Below, one piece after another: positions 24,008-36,166 of a DNA stretch of 64,000 nt. Position 1 is the stretch's first letter, and the number at the start of each line of letters is the position of its first letter. Below the pieces are notes generated by a model. That model had not been told where the DNA came from. It was given only the letters and a program-made list of their open reading frames with translations, and did no database searches. This DNA is from Pristiophorus japonicus (lineage: Eukaryota). The DNA is taken from contig NC_091997.1 of NCBI RefSeq assembly GCF_044704955.1, positions 85,684,001 through 85,748,000 of the forward strand, given 5' to 3'. Position numbers and translations under genes: made by a program.

Positions 24008-27000
24008 TGTTGTGTATCTGTAAAGCATGCACTCCCATGTTCCACCATCCCAGCATCCCTTGGGAACACTCTATATAAGCCGGCCCCTAAGGCTTGTTCC
24101 TCACTCTGGAGTGTCTGATTAAAGACTGAGGTCACTGTTACTTTAACCTCCCAGTGTGCAGCCTCATAATAGGAACATAATAACTGGTGACGAGAATACA
24201 AATCCAACGCAAAGATGCAACAAACTGTGGGCATTCTGGAGAAGTTCTCGGAGGGTGAGGACTGGGAAGCCTATGTCGAACGGCTAGACCAGTACTTTGT
24301 AGCCAACGAGCTGGACGGAGAAGGAAGCGCTGCAAAAAGGAGAGCGGTCCTCCTCATGGTCTGCGGGGCACCGACCTACAGCCTCATGAGGAATCTTCTG
24401 GCTCTGGTGAAACCCACAGATAAGTCGTATGAGGAGTTGTATACACTGGTTCGGGAGCATCTTAACTCGAGCGAGAGTGTGCTGATGGCGAGGTATCGGT
24501 TCTACACGTGCCAGCGATCTGAAGGTCAGGAAGTGGCGAGCTACGTCGCCAAGCTAAGGCAACTTGCAGGACAATGTGAGTTTGATGGCTACCTGGAGCA
24601 AATGCTCAGAGACCTTTTTGTACTGGGCATTGGCCACGAGACCATCCTATGAAAACTTTTGACTTAGAGACACCGACCCTCAGTAAGGCCATTGCGATAG
24701 CACAGGCGTTTATGTCCACCAGTGATAACACCAAACAAATCTCTCAGTACGCAAGTGCTAGCAATGTTCATAAATTAACTGCAACTGTGTTTGCGAGCAG
24801 AAATGTACAGGCCAGAACCCACGAGTCTGCAGCTGCCAGCAGGCCTCAGGTGACCCAGATGACTCAGAGTCCCCAACAAAGGATGAATGCAAGGCAATTC
24901 ACACCTTGTTGGCGTTGTGGTGGCTTCCATTCAGCCTATTCATGCCACTTCAAAGGGTATGTTTGCAAGAGCTATGGAACAATGGGGCACCTCCAATGAG
25001 CTTGCAAGCTCTGCAAAACCTGCTAACCACCATGTGGCAGAGGAAGATCAGTCCATGGTGGGTCAAAGCAATTTCGAGCCTCAGAGAGAGGAGGCAGGTG
25101 CTGAAGTACACGGGGTGCACACATTTTCAACAAAATGTCCACCTATAATGCTAAACGTAAAATTGAATGCCTTACCTGTAGCCATGGAACTGGACACTGG
25201 CGCTAGCCAATCTATCATGAGCAAAAAGATGTTTGAGAGACTGTGGTGCAACAAAGCATTCAGACCAGCCCTGAGCCCCATCTACATGAAACTGAGAACG
25301 TACACCAAAGAGCTTATCACTGTCCTGGGCAGCGCCATGGTCAAGTTCACCTACGAGGGCACGGTGTACGCACTGCCACTCTGGATTGTCCCGGGCGATG
25401 GCCCCACACTGCTTGGAAGGAGCTAGCTGGGCAAAATCCGCTGGAACTGGAATGATATCCGAGCGCTATCACATGTCAATGAGGCCTCATGTACCCAGGT
25501 TCTTAACAAATTTCCTTCCTTTTTTCAGCCAGGCATTGGAAACTTTTCCGGGGCGAAGGTGCGGATCCATTTGGTCCCAGAGGCAGGACCCATTCACCAC
25601 AAGGTGCGAGCAGTACCTCACATGATGAGGGAGAGAGTGGAAATCGAGCTGGACAGGCTGCAACGCGAGGGCATCATCTCCCCAGTGGAATTCAGCGAGT
25701 GGGCCAGCCCGATTGTTCCAGTACTCAAAAGTGATGGCACGGTCAGGATTTGTGGCGATTATAAAGTAACTATTAATCGTTTCTCGCTACAGGACCAATA
25801 CCCGCTACCTAAGGAAGACGACTTATTTGCGACACTGGCAGGAGGCAAGACGTTCACCAAGCTCAACCTGACTTCAGCCTACATGACGCAGGAGCTGGAG
25901 GAGTCTTCGAAGGGCCTCATCTGCATCAACACTCACAAGGGACTGTTCATCGACAACAGATGCCCGTTTGGAATTTGGTTGGCTGCAGTGATTTTCCAGA
26001 GAAACATGGAGAGCCGACCCAAGTTGGTACCATAGACGGTGGTCTTTCAGGACGACATATTGGTCACGGGTTGGGACACCGCCAAGCACCTACAAAACCT
26101 GGAGGAGGTCCTCCAACGACTGGATCGCATAGTGCTGCGGCTGAAGAGGTCGAAATGCGTCTTCATGGCAACAGAAGTGGAATTTTTGGGGAGAAAGATC
26201 ATGGCGGACGGCATTCTGCCCACAGATGCCAAGACAGAGGCTATCAGGAACGCGCACAGGCCACAGAACGTCATGGAGCTGCGGTCGTTCCTGGGACTCC
26301 TCAACTATTTTGGTAACTTCATACCGGGGTTAAGCACTCTTTTAGAGCCCCTACATGTGTTATTGCGCAAAGGTGAGAACTGGGTATGGGGAAAAAACCA
26401 AGTAATTGCTTTTGAGAAAGCCAGAAACATTTTATGCTCCAACAAGCTGCTTGTATTGTATAACCCGTGTCAAAGACTTGTGCTAGCATGTGACGCGTCG
26501 TCGTACGGAGTTGGGTGTGTATTACAACAAGCTAACGTTGCGGGGAAGTTGCAACCTGTCGCCTATGCTTCCAGGAGCTTGTCTAAGGCCGAGAGGGCCT
26601 ACAGCATGATTGAGAAAGAGGCATTAGCGTGTGCGTTCGGAGTAAAGAAAATGCTTCAGTACCTGTTTGGCCTCAAATTTGAGCTGGAAACCGATCACAA
26701 GCCCCTCATATCCCTGTTCGCTGAAAACAAGGGGATAAATACTAATGCCTCAGCCCGCATACAAATATGGGCCCTCGTGCTATCAGCGTATAACTATACC
26801 ATCTGCCACAGGCCAGGCAGCGAGAACTGTGCGGATGCTCTCAGTCGGCTACCATTGCCCACCACGGGGGTGGAAATGGCGCAGCCTGCAAACTTGTTGA
26901 TGGTGGCGCAGCCCGCAGGTTTGTTGATGGTCATGGAAGCGTTTGATAAATGATAAATCACCTGTCACAGCCCGCCAGATTAGGACTTGGACCAGCCAAT

Positions 27001-28235
27001 ATTCTCTCCTGTCCCTAGTAAAAAACTGTGTACTGCATGGGAGCTGGGCCAGCATCCCCGTTGAAATGCAAGAGCCAATCAAGCCATTCCAGTGGCGAAA
27101 GGACGAGCTGTCCATTCAGGCAGACTGGCTGTTGTGGGGTAACCGCGTAGTGCTACCAAAAAAGGGCAGGGAGACGTTCATCTCAGATCTCCACAGCACA
27201 CATCTGGGTATAGTAATGATGAAAGCGATAGCCAGATCCCACATGTGGTGGCCCGGTATCGACTCTGACTTAGAGTCCTGTGTACGGCAATGCAGCGTGT
27301 GTGCTCAGTTGAGCAACGCACCCAGAGAGGCACCACTAAGTTTGTGGTCCTGGCCCTCCAGACCATGGTCGAGGATCCATGTCAACTATGCGGGCCCGTT
27401 TCTCAGTAAAATGTTCCTGGTGGTGGTGGATGCTTTTTCAAAATGGATTGAATGTGAAATAATGTCGAGAAGCACCGCCACCGCCACCATTGAAAGCCTG
27501 AGGGCCATGTTTGCCACCCACGGCCTGCCTGACATATTGGTCAGTAACAACGGGCCATGTTTCACCAGTGCCAAATTTAAAGAATTCATGAACCGCAATG
27601 GGATCAAACATGTCACCCTGTTTAAACCAGCCTGCAGTGGGCAGGCAGTGCGGGCAGTACAAACCATCAAACAGAGCCTTAAACGAGTCACAGAAGACTC
27701 ACTCCAAACCCGCCTGTCCCGAGCAGTGCTCAGCTACTGCACGAGACCCCACTCGTTCACAGGGGTGCCCCCGATTGAGCTACTCATGAAAAGGACACTT
27801 AAAACCAGACTCTCGCTGGTTCAGCTCAACCTGCATGATCAGGTAGAGAGCAGACGGCAGCAACAAATATTAAACGATGGTCGCGCCACTGTGTCACGGG
27901 AAATTGATCTGAATGACCCTCTGTATGAGCGAAACTATGGACATGGTCCCAAGTGGATCGCGGGCACGGTGATAGCTAAAGAAGGGACTAGGGTGTTTGT
28001 AGTCAAACTAGACAATGGACAAATTTTCAGAAAGCACCTGGACCAAACGAGGCTGCGGTTCACAGGCTGCCCTGAACAACCCACAGCAGACACCACCTTT
28101 TTCGAGCCCACAACACACACCCACTGTCTATAAGCCGGCCCCGAAGGCCTGTTCCTCACTCTGGAGTGTCTGATTAAAGACTGAGGTCACTTTAACCTCC
28201 CTGTGTGAAGCCTCATCTGTGTTAGGAACACAATA
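24008..28235 (+). mobile_element. Gypsy LTR retrotransposon 2, unit 1 copy (gag-pol with stops; PPT and U3 of 3' LTR deleted)
   Basis: 5' LTR about 24008-24182, PBS TGGTGACGAG, TSD AAAGG (24003-24007, 28236-28240); gag 24215.., LDTGA, FQDD, RNase H and integrase ORFs 26039..26953 and 26943..28133. Confidence 0.95.
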
Positions 28236-28243
28236 AAAGGTGT

Positions 28244-28388
28244 TATATAAATACAAGTCGTTTTTAGTGTGGTTGAGTTGTTAAAAGAGGAAGAAGATTT
28301 CCTCTTTCATCACTTCTCTGTTTCTCTCACTGACCAGAATGTGATGGTGAAAGAGGCACCCAGCTTCTGAACGAGCTAGGAATGTGAA
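28244..28388 (+). promoter_or_regulatory. Putative proximal promoter of copy B (RUNX, PU.1/ETS and IRF-ETS-like motifs)
   Basis: TATATAAA 28244-28251, TGTGGTT 28268-28274, AAAAGAGGAAG 28283-28293, minus-strand GAAAGAGGAA 28299-28308; conserved before copy C. Confidence 0.5.
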
Positions 28389-28443
28389 ATGGCGCTTGGT
28401 GCTCTGTTTGTGGGTCTTTTCCTTCTGTTCCAACATGTTGTAG
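28389..28443 (+). CDS. Receptor copy B exon 1, signal peptide (MALGALFVGLFLLFQHVVG)
   Basis: AAATGG Kozak context, hydrophobic core, G|gtaagg phase-1 donor matching exon 2. Confidence 0.8.
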
Positions 28444-29586
28444 GTAAGGATCCATACTTTCAACTAATCCTCAACATGTTTATCTGGAAATATCAGTTTC
28501 TATCTGTACCTGAACGCGGAAATATAAGGATTGAAGGATATCGATTGCCATCAGTGCTGCTTTCACGCGGATGTTTAATGTACTCATATGACAGTTGTTG
28601 CTGAGGCATTTTAACACGGTTTAATCATGGGTGGTCAGTTTAAAATTGGCACTAAGAGAGTGAGGAGACAGATTAGGAGAACATTTTTTACACAGAGGTT
28701 TGTTTTGCCACAGGCAGTGGTTGACGCAGAGACATTTTCATCTTTTGAAGGAAAACTGGAAAACATTTGAAGCAGAGGAAGATTTGGGGCTGTGGAGAGA
28801 GCGAGGCAATGGGTTTGCTCTGGCAAAGAGCCAGCACTGGCACGATGGGCCCAATTGCCTCCTTCTGTGCTGCAAACGTCTTTGGTTCAACTCCTGTCTT
28901 AAAACAGTGCAGGGATGAAATACAAGAACACTGCTGATCCTATCCCAATTTCCCTTACTGCAGAACCATATCTCACTCTAAGAATGAAATAGTGGAAGAT
29001 TTAGAAGAGTTAGAAGGATTTGCTGATGGGCTTTAATGGAGAGAGGGGGTGGGAAGTCCGTGCAGAGCATAAATGCGGCATGGAGCAGTTGGGCCGAATG
29101 GCCTGTTTCTGTGCCGAACATTCCATGTAATTCTGTGTAAGATTTTGTGCTCAGACTCGATCATTGGGAGCTCTGAAGTAACAATTATATTTGATGACTC
29201 AGCCGAGCCTCACACCATTAAAGGGTGGAGACCACACTGGGCGGGGCCCACGACACCACTCGGACCAGGGCTCGAAATCAACACCACTGGCAAAATGGAG
29301 CAGCTCAGAGCTTTCTGTACATTACAGACCGTCCATTCCGCGATTGTTCTGTAAGGAAAGGGGAACCGACACTGTGATTGGAGGGGGTGGGAGGGTTCCC
29401 AATCGAGACTGTCTATCCAGACTGTGTAAGGGGTGGGGGATGGTGACTCTATCCAGACTGTGTAATGGAGCATTTCTAACCTGACTCTGTGAAATTTTAG
29501 GAGTGGGGTGGGTAGAAACAGATTCCGTGTAATATGAGCAGTCTGCAGGCAGACTCTGTTCCTGAAATGATAATTGACGTCTCCCC

Positions 29587-30839
29587 GATCGGTCCAAATC
29601 AGCATGGATTTATGAAAGGGAAATCATGCTTGACAAATCTTCTAGAATTTTTTGAGGATGTAACTAGTAGAGTGGACAAGGGAGAACCAGTGGATGTGGT
29701 GTATTTGGACTTTCAAAAGGCTTTTGACAAGGTCCCACACAAGAGATTAGTGTGCAAAATTAAGGCACATGGGATTGGGGTAATGTATTAACGTGGTAGA
29801 GAACTGGTTGGCAGCCAGGATCAAAGAGTGGGAATAAACGGGTACTTTTCAGAATGGCAGGCAATGACTAGTGAGGTACCGCAAGGTTCAGTGCTGGGAC
29901 CCCAGCTATTTACAATATATATTAATGATTTGGACGAAGGAATTGAATGTAATATCTCCAAGTTTGCAGATGACACAGTGTGAGCTGCGAGGAGGATGCT
30001 AAGAGGCTGCAGGGTGACTTGGACAGGTTAGGTGAGTGGGCAAATGCATGGCAGATGCAGTATACCGTGGATAAGTGTGAGGTTATGCACTTTGGTGGCA
30101 AAAACAGGAAGGCAGATTATTATCTAAATGGTGACAGATTAGTAAAAGGGGAGGTGCAACGAGACCTGAGTGTCATGGTACATCAGTCAATGAAAGTAGG
30201 CATGCAGGTTCAGCAGACAGTAAAGAAAGCAAATGGCATGTTGGCCTTCATAGCGAGAGGATTTGAGTATAGGAGCAGGGAGGTCTTGCTGCAGTTGTAC
30301 AGGGCCTTAGTGAGACCACACCTTGAGTATTATGTGCAGTTTTGGTCTCCTAATCTGAGGAAGGACATTCTTGCTATTGAGGGAGTGCAGCGAAGGTTCA
30401 CCAGACTGATTCCCGGGATAGCAGGACTGGCATATGAAGAAAGACTGGATCGACTAGGCTTATATTCACTGGAATTTAGAAGAATGAGAGGGGATCTCAT
30501 GGAAGCATATAAAATTCTGACGGGATTGGACAGGTTAAATGCAGGAAGAATGTTCCCGATGTTGGGGAAGTCCAGAACCAGGGGTCACAGTCTAAGGATT
30601 AGGGGTAAGCCATCTAGGACTGAGATGAGGAGAATCTTTTTCACCCAGAGAATTGTGAATGTATGGAATTCTCTACCACAGAAAGTTGTTGAGTCCAGTT
30701 CGTTGGTTATATTCAAAAGGGAGTTAGATGTGGCCATTGCGGCTAAAGGGATCAGGACGTATAGAGAGAAGGCAGGAGTGGGGTACTGAGGTTGAATGAC
30801 CTACTCCTGCACTTATTTTCTATGTTTCTGTATTTCTAT
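29587..30839 (+). mobile_element. 5'-truncated CR1 in intron 1 of copy B
   Basis: RT remnants 29534..29791 and 29980..30789, TTCTATGT tail; absent at about 57600-57620 in unit 2. Confidence 0.93.
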
Positions 30840-31209
30840 CCTCAGTCTAAACATGGCTGATGTCTGAGTTACAACCGAGTCTGACGGAGATGTGGTTTGG
30901 TGTTTGTTCGAGCTCTGGTGCAATAATGATCTATAGTATAGACACATCTGGGTCAGTGAGTGGAGAGTTTCTAGGTGCAGTCTGTCAGGGCCATTACAGG
31001 GGGGGATTGCGTGTATCAGATGCTCAAGTTGTAAACACAAATCCCTATCAGCCGCTCCATGATACCCAACCAATCAGAGCTCTGCTAACTTCTCCATCGC
31101 AGCTTATCATCTTAACCAGCAGGAAATGAGCTTCTGAACACAATGCAAGCAGAAATTATCGTTCTGACAATCTAGATGTGCTGATCAGAAATCTGTTCAT
31201 TACAAGAAA

Positions 31210-31525
31210 AAAAGAAAGTCTTGCATTTCTATAGCACCTTCTACAACCTCACAATGTCCCAAAGCTATTTAAAGCCAATGAAGTACTTCTGAAGTGCAAT
31301 CTCTGTTGATATGTAGAAAATGCGACAGCCCATTTTCACACAGCTAGGTCCCACAAACAGTAAAGTCTCATGTAAAAAAAACACACCTCTGACAGTATAG
31401 CACTCCCTCAGCACTGCACTGGGTGGTCGGCCTAGATTTTGTGCTCAAGTCTCTGGAGTGGGACTTGAACCCACAACCTTCTGACATCAGAAGCGACAGT
31501 GCTACCCACTGAACCACAGTTGACA
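31210..31525 (-). mobile_element. tRNA-derived SINE (internally deleted Deu-type)
   Basis: Minus-strand B-box-like GGTTCAAGTCCC near 31460-31471; 3' tail shared with the other SINE copies. Confidence 0.7.
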
Positions 31526-31869
31526 TCATGACAACAAGAACTGGAACTCATAGAGAGCGCTTAAAGTGGGGCAGGGCCTTGTGGTGTTTTGCAAATGTGG
31601 AAGTGCGGGGAAGGACGTGAGCTCGAGGTAGGAGAAGAGTGAGTGGAAGTGGCAAAAGGCTCGGTTGGAGAGGTAAGTTTTAAAGAACCTTTTGCAGATG
31701 CCAAAGATGTGCCAAGGTGGAGGGTGAGGGGTTAAGGGAGAGAATAGCAGAGTGTGGGGCATAAAGGCTGAGGGCTGAGCAAGTGGTGAAGGTTAAGGTT
31801 TCTTAAATCAATGCAGTGGGCCACAGAGGAGGCCAAAGTCAGATGAGGCCATGGAAGGATTGGTATTTA

Positions 31870-33410
31870 TTTTTTTAAACCTTGGATGTGGTCGTCACTG
31901 GAAATGTCAGCATTTAGTCTCTAGTTTTCCTTGAGAAGGTGGTAGTGACCCTTCCTCTTGAACCGTTAAGTCCGTGTGGTGAACACTTTCCACAATGCTG
32001 GTAGCGAGGGAGTTTCAGGATTTTCATCCAGCGACGATGAAGGAACAGCATTATACTTACAAGTCAGGATGGTGTGTCACTTGGAGAACTTGTAGGTGAT
32101 CATGCTCCCAAGCGTCTGCTGCCCTCGTTCTTCTATGTGGTAGAAGTCGTGGGTTTAGGAGGTGCTGTCGAAGAAGTCTTGGCAAGTTACTGCAGAGCAT
32201 CTTGTAGATGGTACACACTGCAGCCATGTTGCGCCGGTGGTGGAGGGAGTGAATGCTGAAGGTGGTGGATGGGGTGCCAAAATGTGATCCTGTTTATCCT
32301 GGATGGTGTGGAGTTTCTTGAGTGTTGTCGCAGCTGCACTCACCCAGGCAAGTGGAGAGTGTTGTAGGGCGCTTTCAAGGCAAAGGCACCTGCTGAATAT
32401 ATGTATGTATGTGTAAAATTGTAGCCAGATATAAAATGGCTGCCCGGGATTCCGCAAAGCCCGAGGGGAATTCAGCTAACCAGTTTGACTAACTTTCTGG
32501 GTAGCTGATGACACTGCATTTCCTTGTACAGGAACACTGGAAAGGGAGAGCTCAGCAGATGTCCCGAATCAACAAACCTCAGACAAGATGTCCTAGCAGA
32601 ATATTGAACAAAGGGATTCCTGTAACTGTGTTAAGATAAGGAGGTTAGGCACAGAACCCAAGGACAATAAAGATAAGGAGGTCTGAAGAATATCACGAGG
32701 GCATGAGTAAGTTCCAGCTAAACATGAGATGATCATGCAGGCCCCTGGTGTCTGGGGGACCAATTCTATTGGCCCAGAGGAATCGATTTGTAATCTATAA
32801 TCCTTATGATTGGATTGTGTCCAGCCGACATAGGCTGCGTAATTGTAATGAACTGGTATAAAACATATAAATACTGATGAATTTCTTTGTTCAGCAGTGA
32901 GTAGTGCCTGGAGTAACCCAGAGGTTTTCTCCCCGCCGACGTAATAAAAACCGTTTTGATGATGGAACCGACTCAGAGTGACGAGTGATTCTTCCAGGAT
33001 TTCATTCGCGCTAACAGAGAGTATTCCATCACACTCCTGACTTGTGCCTTGTAGGTGATGGAGAGAGTTTGGGGAGTCAGGAGGTGAGACACTCACCGCA
33101 GAATACCCAGCCTCTGACCACAGTATTTATGTAGCTGGTCCAGTTTTATTTTTGACCGATGATGACCCCTGACCATCCCTCCCTCAGATGTTGATGGTGG
33201 AGGATTTGATGATGTAATGCCGTTGAATGTCAGGAAATGGTTAGACCCTTTCTTGTTGGAGATTGTCATTGCCTGGGACTTGTTGTGAATGGAGCTGAAC
33301 ACTGTGCAATCATCAGCGAACATTCACACTTCTGACCTTATGATGGAGGGAGGGTCATTGATGAAGCAGTTGAAGATGGTTGGGCCCAGGACATTGCCTT
33401 GAGGAAGCGT
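31870..33410 (-). mobile_element. Degraded LINE 3' fragment, same family as 36990-39990, split by a solo LTR
   Basis: MFADDCTVF RT motif (33093..33323); reverse-complement similarity to 39110-39990. Confidence 0.8.
32360..33016 (+). mobile_element. Solo LTR, 657 bp
   Basis: TGTT...AACA termini, perfect TSD GAGAG (32355-32359, 33017-33021), TATAAAA 32857-32863, AATAAA 32943-32948; host LINE rejoins across it. Confidence 0.85.
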
Positions 33411-33419
33411 CCTAGGAGG

Positions 33420-34120
33420 GTAAAGAGCAGTTTTTAACTCAATGCCTTAGGGGGAGGTCAGTGAGGACAGGAGGGGTTGGTGAGTAGGATGCCATACGGG
33501 ACAGGATGAAACCGATGAAGAAAGGATTGTAGATATCCATGTTCATGGAGATGAAATTGTGGAGGAGAGTTCTAGTGGCACTGAGAATGAGATAGGAATG
33601 GAAGCAGCAATCTTTGGGAGGTGAGTCATGACATCTGGTGGAGGGCTAGATGTGGGTTTGAGGTACAGCTCAGGGTCAAATAGGTATAGTGGAGCTGAAG
33701 GGAATGGCTTTGCTTTTTCTGGGGAAAGGCCTGGTCTGTCTCGAACCTGATGCCAGCTAAGAAATCGGACAGTACAGCACTGAGGACATTGATGGAGAGG
33801 TGAAGTGAGGTATCGACTTGGCTACGTATGGAAGCTGACTCCTTGATAATGTTCCTGAGAAATAGCATGTATATGTGGAATATAGGAGAGGACCAAGGAT
33901 GGAGCCTTGGGTGGACATGGGGCGACCATTGCACACGGGAGGAGAACAATTCCTGAGGATGTGAGAAAGATAGGAGTGGATGTATTTAACAGCAGTGCCA
34001 CAAAGGTGGGCCATTGGAGAACCATTGGAGAAGGTTCACTGTGTCAAGGGCCTTTAAGCTGTTGAGGAAGATAAGGAAGGATAATACACTATGGTTGTAA
34101 ACACACAGGATATTGTTGTT
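33420..34120 (-). mobile_element. Highly degraded L2-like RT fragment
   Basis: QGSILGPLL (33757..34014) and LKALDTVN (33986..34249) remnants of RT motifs. Confidence 0.55.
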
Positions 34121-34133
34121 AATTTTGATAAGG

Positions 34134-35116
34134 ATGCGCTTATTTGTACTGCAAAAATGGCCAACATGTTCCACCTTTTGTTTCTGATTGGTCCCCTTGG
34201 AGAATAAGCCACACCCTGAAGTTTCACAGGAATGTGTAACTGGAACCACCTATCCCAAGGTCTCACTGACTTTGCAAATTGTAACTCGATCCACTTTGAC
34301 TTCCTGAAGTGACAGAGGTCAGAGCTCCAAAGAAGATAGCAAGGGCCAACCAAAGTACCTTGCCCCAGTCCAAGTACATCCCTCCCCCAGCCGAAGGGTC
34401 TTACCCTAGTCCAAGTGCATGCCTCCCCCAGCCGAAGTGCCTTACCCTAGTCCAAGTGCATGCCTCCCCCAGCCAAAGTGCCTTGTCCCAGCGCAAGTAC
34501 ATCCACTCCCTTCCGCCCTATCCTCCCACACCATAGATGGGGCAGGGATTGTGTACGGATTGGTAACAGGTTTATTGGCTGTGAAGTGAATAGTGACAGT
34601 GTGGTGACTTCTGGATATCATTCACTCCAACGATGTCCCTTGTAGGGGGTTGGAAGAACATGATCTGTCTTCCTTCCAATCATGTCTCTCCCCACAACTG
34701 CTCTCTCTCCCCACAGTCTCTCTCTCTCTCTACCCCCAATCTCTCTCTCTCTCTCTCTTCCCTCAATTTCTCTCTCCTCCCAGTCTCGCTCACTTTCCCG
34801 CTCCCCCCAGCCCCTCTCACCACCACCGCCCCAGTCTCTTTCTCCCCCTCCCCCCAGTCTCACTCTGCCTCTCGCTATCGCCCCCCGCCAGCTGCTCTCG
34901 GGCCCACGCTGGTCGGAGGGAGGGTGGGCGGGTTCGGTGCCTCAGGTCCTGCGTCACGGCACCACATGGATGGAATGATTTAGGCGGGGAGGGGGCAGAG
35001 CTTGACAGGGGCGGGGCTTGTCACCTGTCAGTCAAAAAAGTGCAGTATAGTCATGGGGGGCGGGGCTTGACAGACGCCTGTCTGTCAAAAAAAGTACAGT
35101 ACAAATAGTTACATCG
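34134..35116 (-). mobile_element. Second, shorter copy of the subterminal-inverted-repeat element
   Basis: Reverse-complement homology to both arms of 9813-12471; flanking direct repeat TTTTGATAAGG (34123-34133, 35117-35127). Confidence 0.7.
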
Positions 35117-35389
35117 TTTTGATAAGGCTGGTCTTGCTGATCAGTGTCATTCAAACCATACACATTGTCAACAAGCGTTAATGAAACAATTTGGAAGCTG
35201 TAAATTGACATCAAGTGGATACGCTAATTTACAGACTGTGGCAAAGAATTCTATGAAAGGAACAATAAACTGGCCTATTACCAAGCCATTGTGCAGAGCA
35301 TAATTTCCTATGAGAGGCTTTGTTTCACGTTGACTGTTTAATGAGCTTTCCTGTCTCTATCTCTATCCCATTCTGCCCTTTCCCCGCAG

Positions 35390-35782
35390 GATCCACTTAT
35401 CTCTTCTTCCTAAGACCAGGAGATGTCACCACTCTGCAATGCAACGTGCCCACCGGTGCTGGGAATAAAGTAACCTTGTGCAACTCCAGTGATCCCGGGT
35501 CAGAAATGGGTAAAATAAAATGTAAGAACGAAAAGCCATGTTATGAAAATATCGGTCCTCAGGGGAAAAAAGGACACAGTGAGCCAGAGTGTACAAAATG
35601 CAAATTAAATGACCATGAAACGGAGTCTCTGACATTCGCTGTGAAGACGATTAACTCGATGGTGTTTACCTGCATGGCTCAAGATTCCACAGAAGGAGGG
35701 GCATTGGAGTGTCCGTCCTGGCTCACACTGTCACAGCCGGGATGTGAAAACCACGACTTGTTCTTTGTGATAACCCAGGATG
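35390..35782 (+). CDS. Receptor copy B exon 2, atypical Cys-rich Ig-like domain D1
   Basis: Strong pyrimidine tract and cgcag acceptor, G|gtaggt donor, 393 nt, phase 1-1; PGDVTTLQC and VFTC resemble Ig B and F strands, 77 codons apart. Confidence 0.85.
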
Positions 35783-36166
35783 GTAGGTGCACTGGGGCAA
35801 TATCGCGGGAGGGATCGGGGCAGGTATTGGGGGAGGGATTGTTGTGGGAACATTAGGGGTAATTTAAGGTAAGGTATTAGGCGAGATATTAGAGGAGATA
35901 TTAGAGAGACGTTGGGGAGATATTAGAAGAGGTTTTCGGGCAGATAGCTGTCATTGCCTTCATTAAGATGAAATTACCTTGTGTGTAGATAAAGAGTAAT
36001 AGTGAGAAGTAGCTGGCACGGGTTTCAAACTGTCCAGGAGGTAAGAGACATGGTAGGTGGGGGAATGCGGTGGATGCAGTGTACATGGACATTAGGAAAT
36101 CCTTCGACTAAGTATCACATTGGAGATTATTATATTAACAAATATTCTTTTCAATGTTGTTTATAG

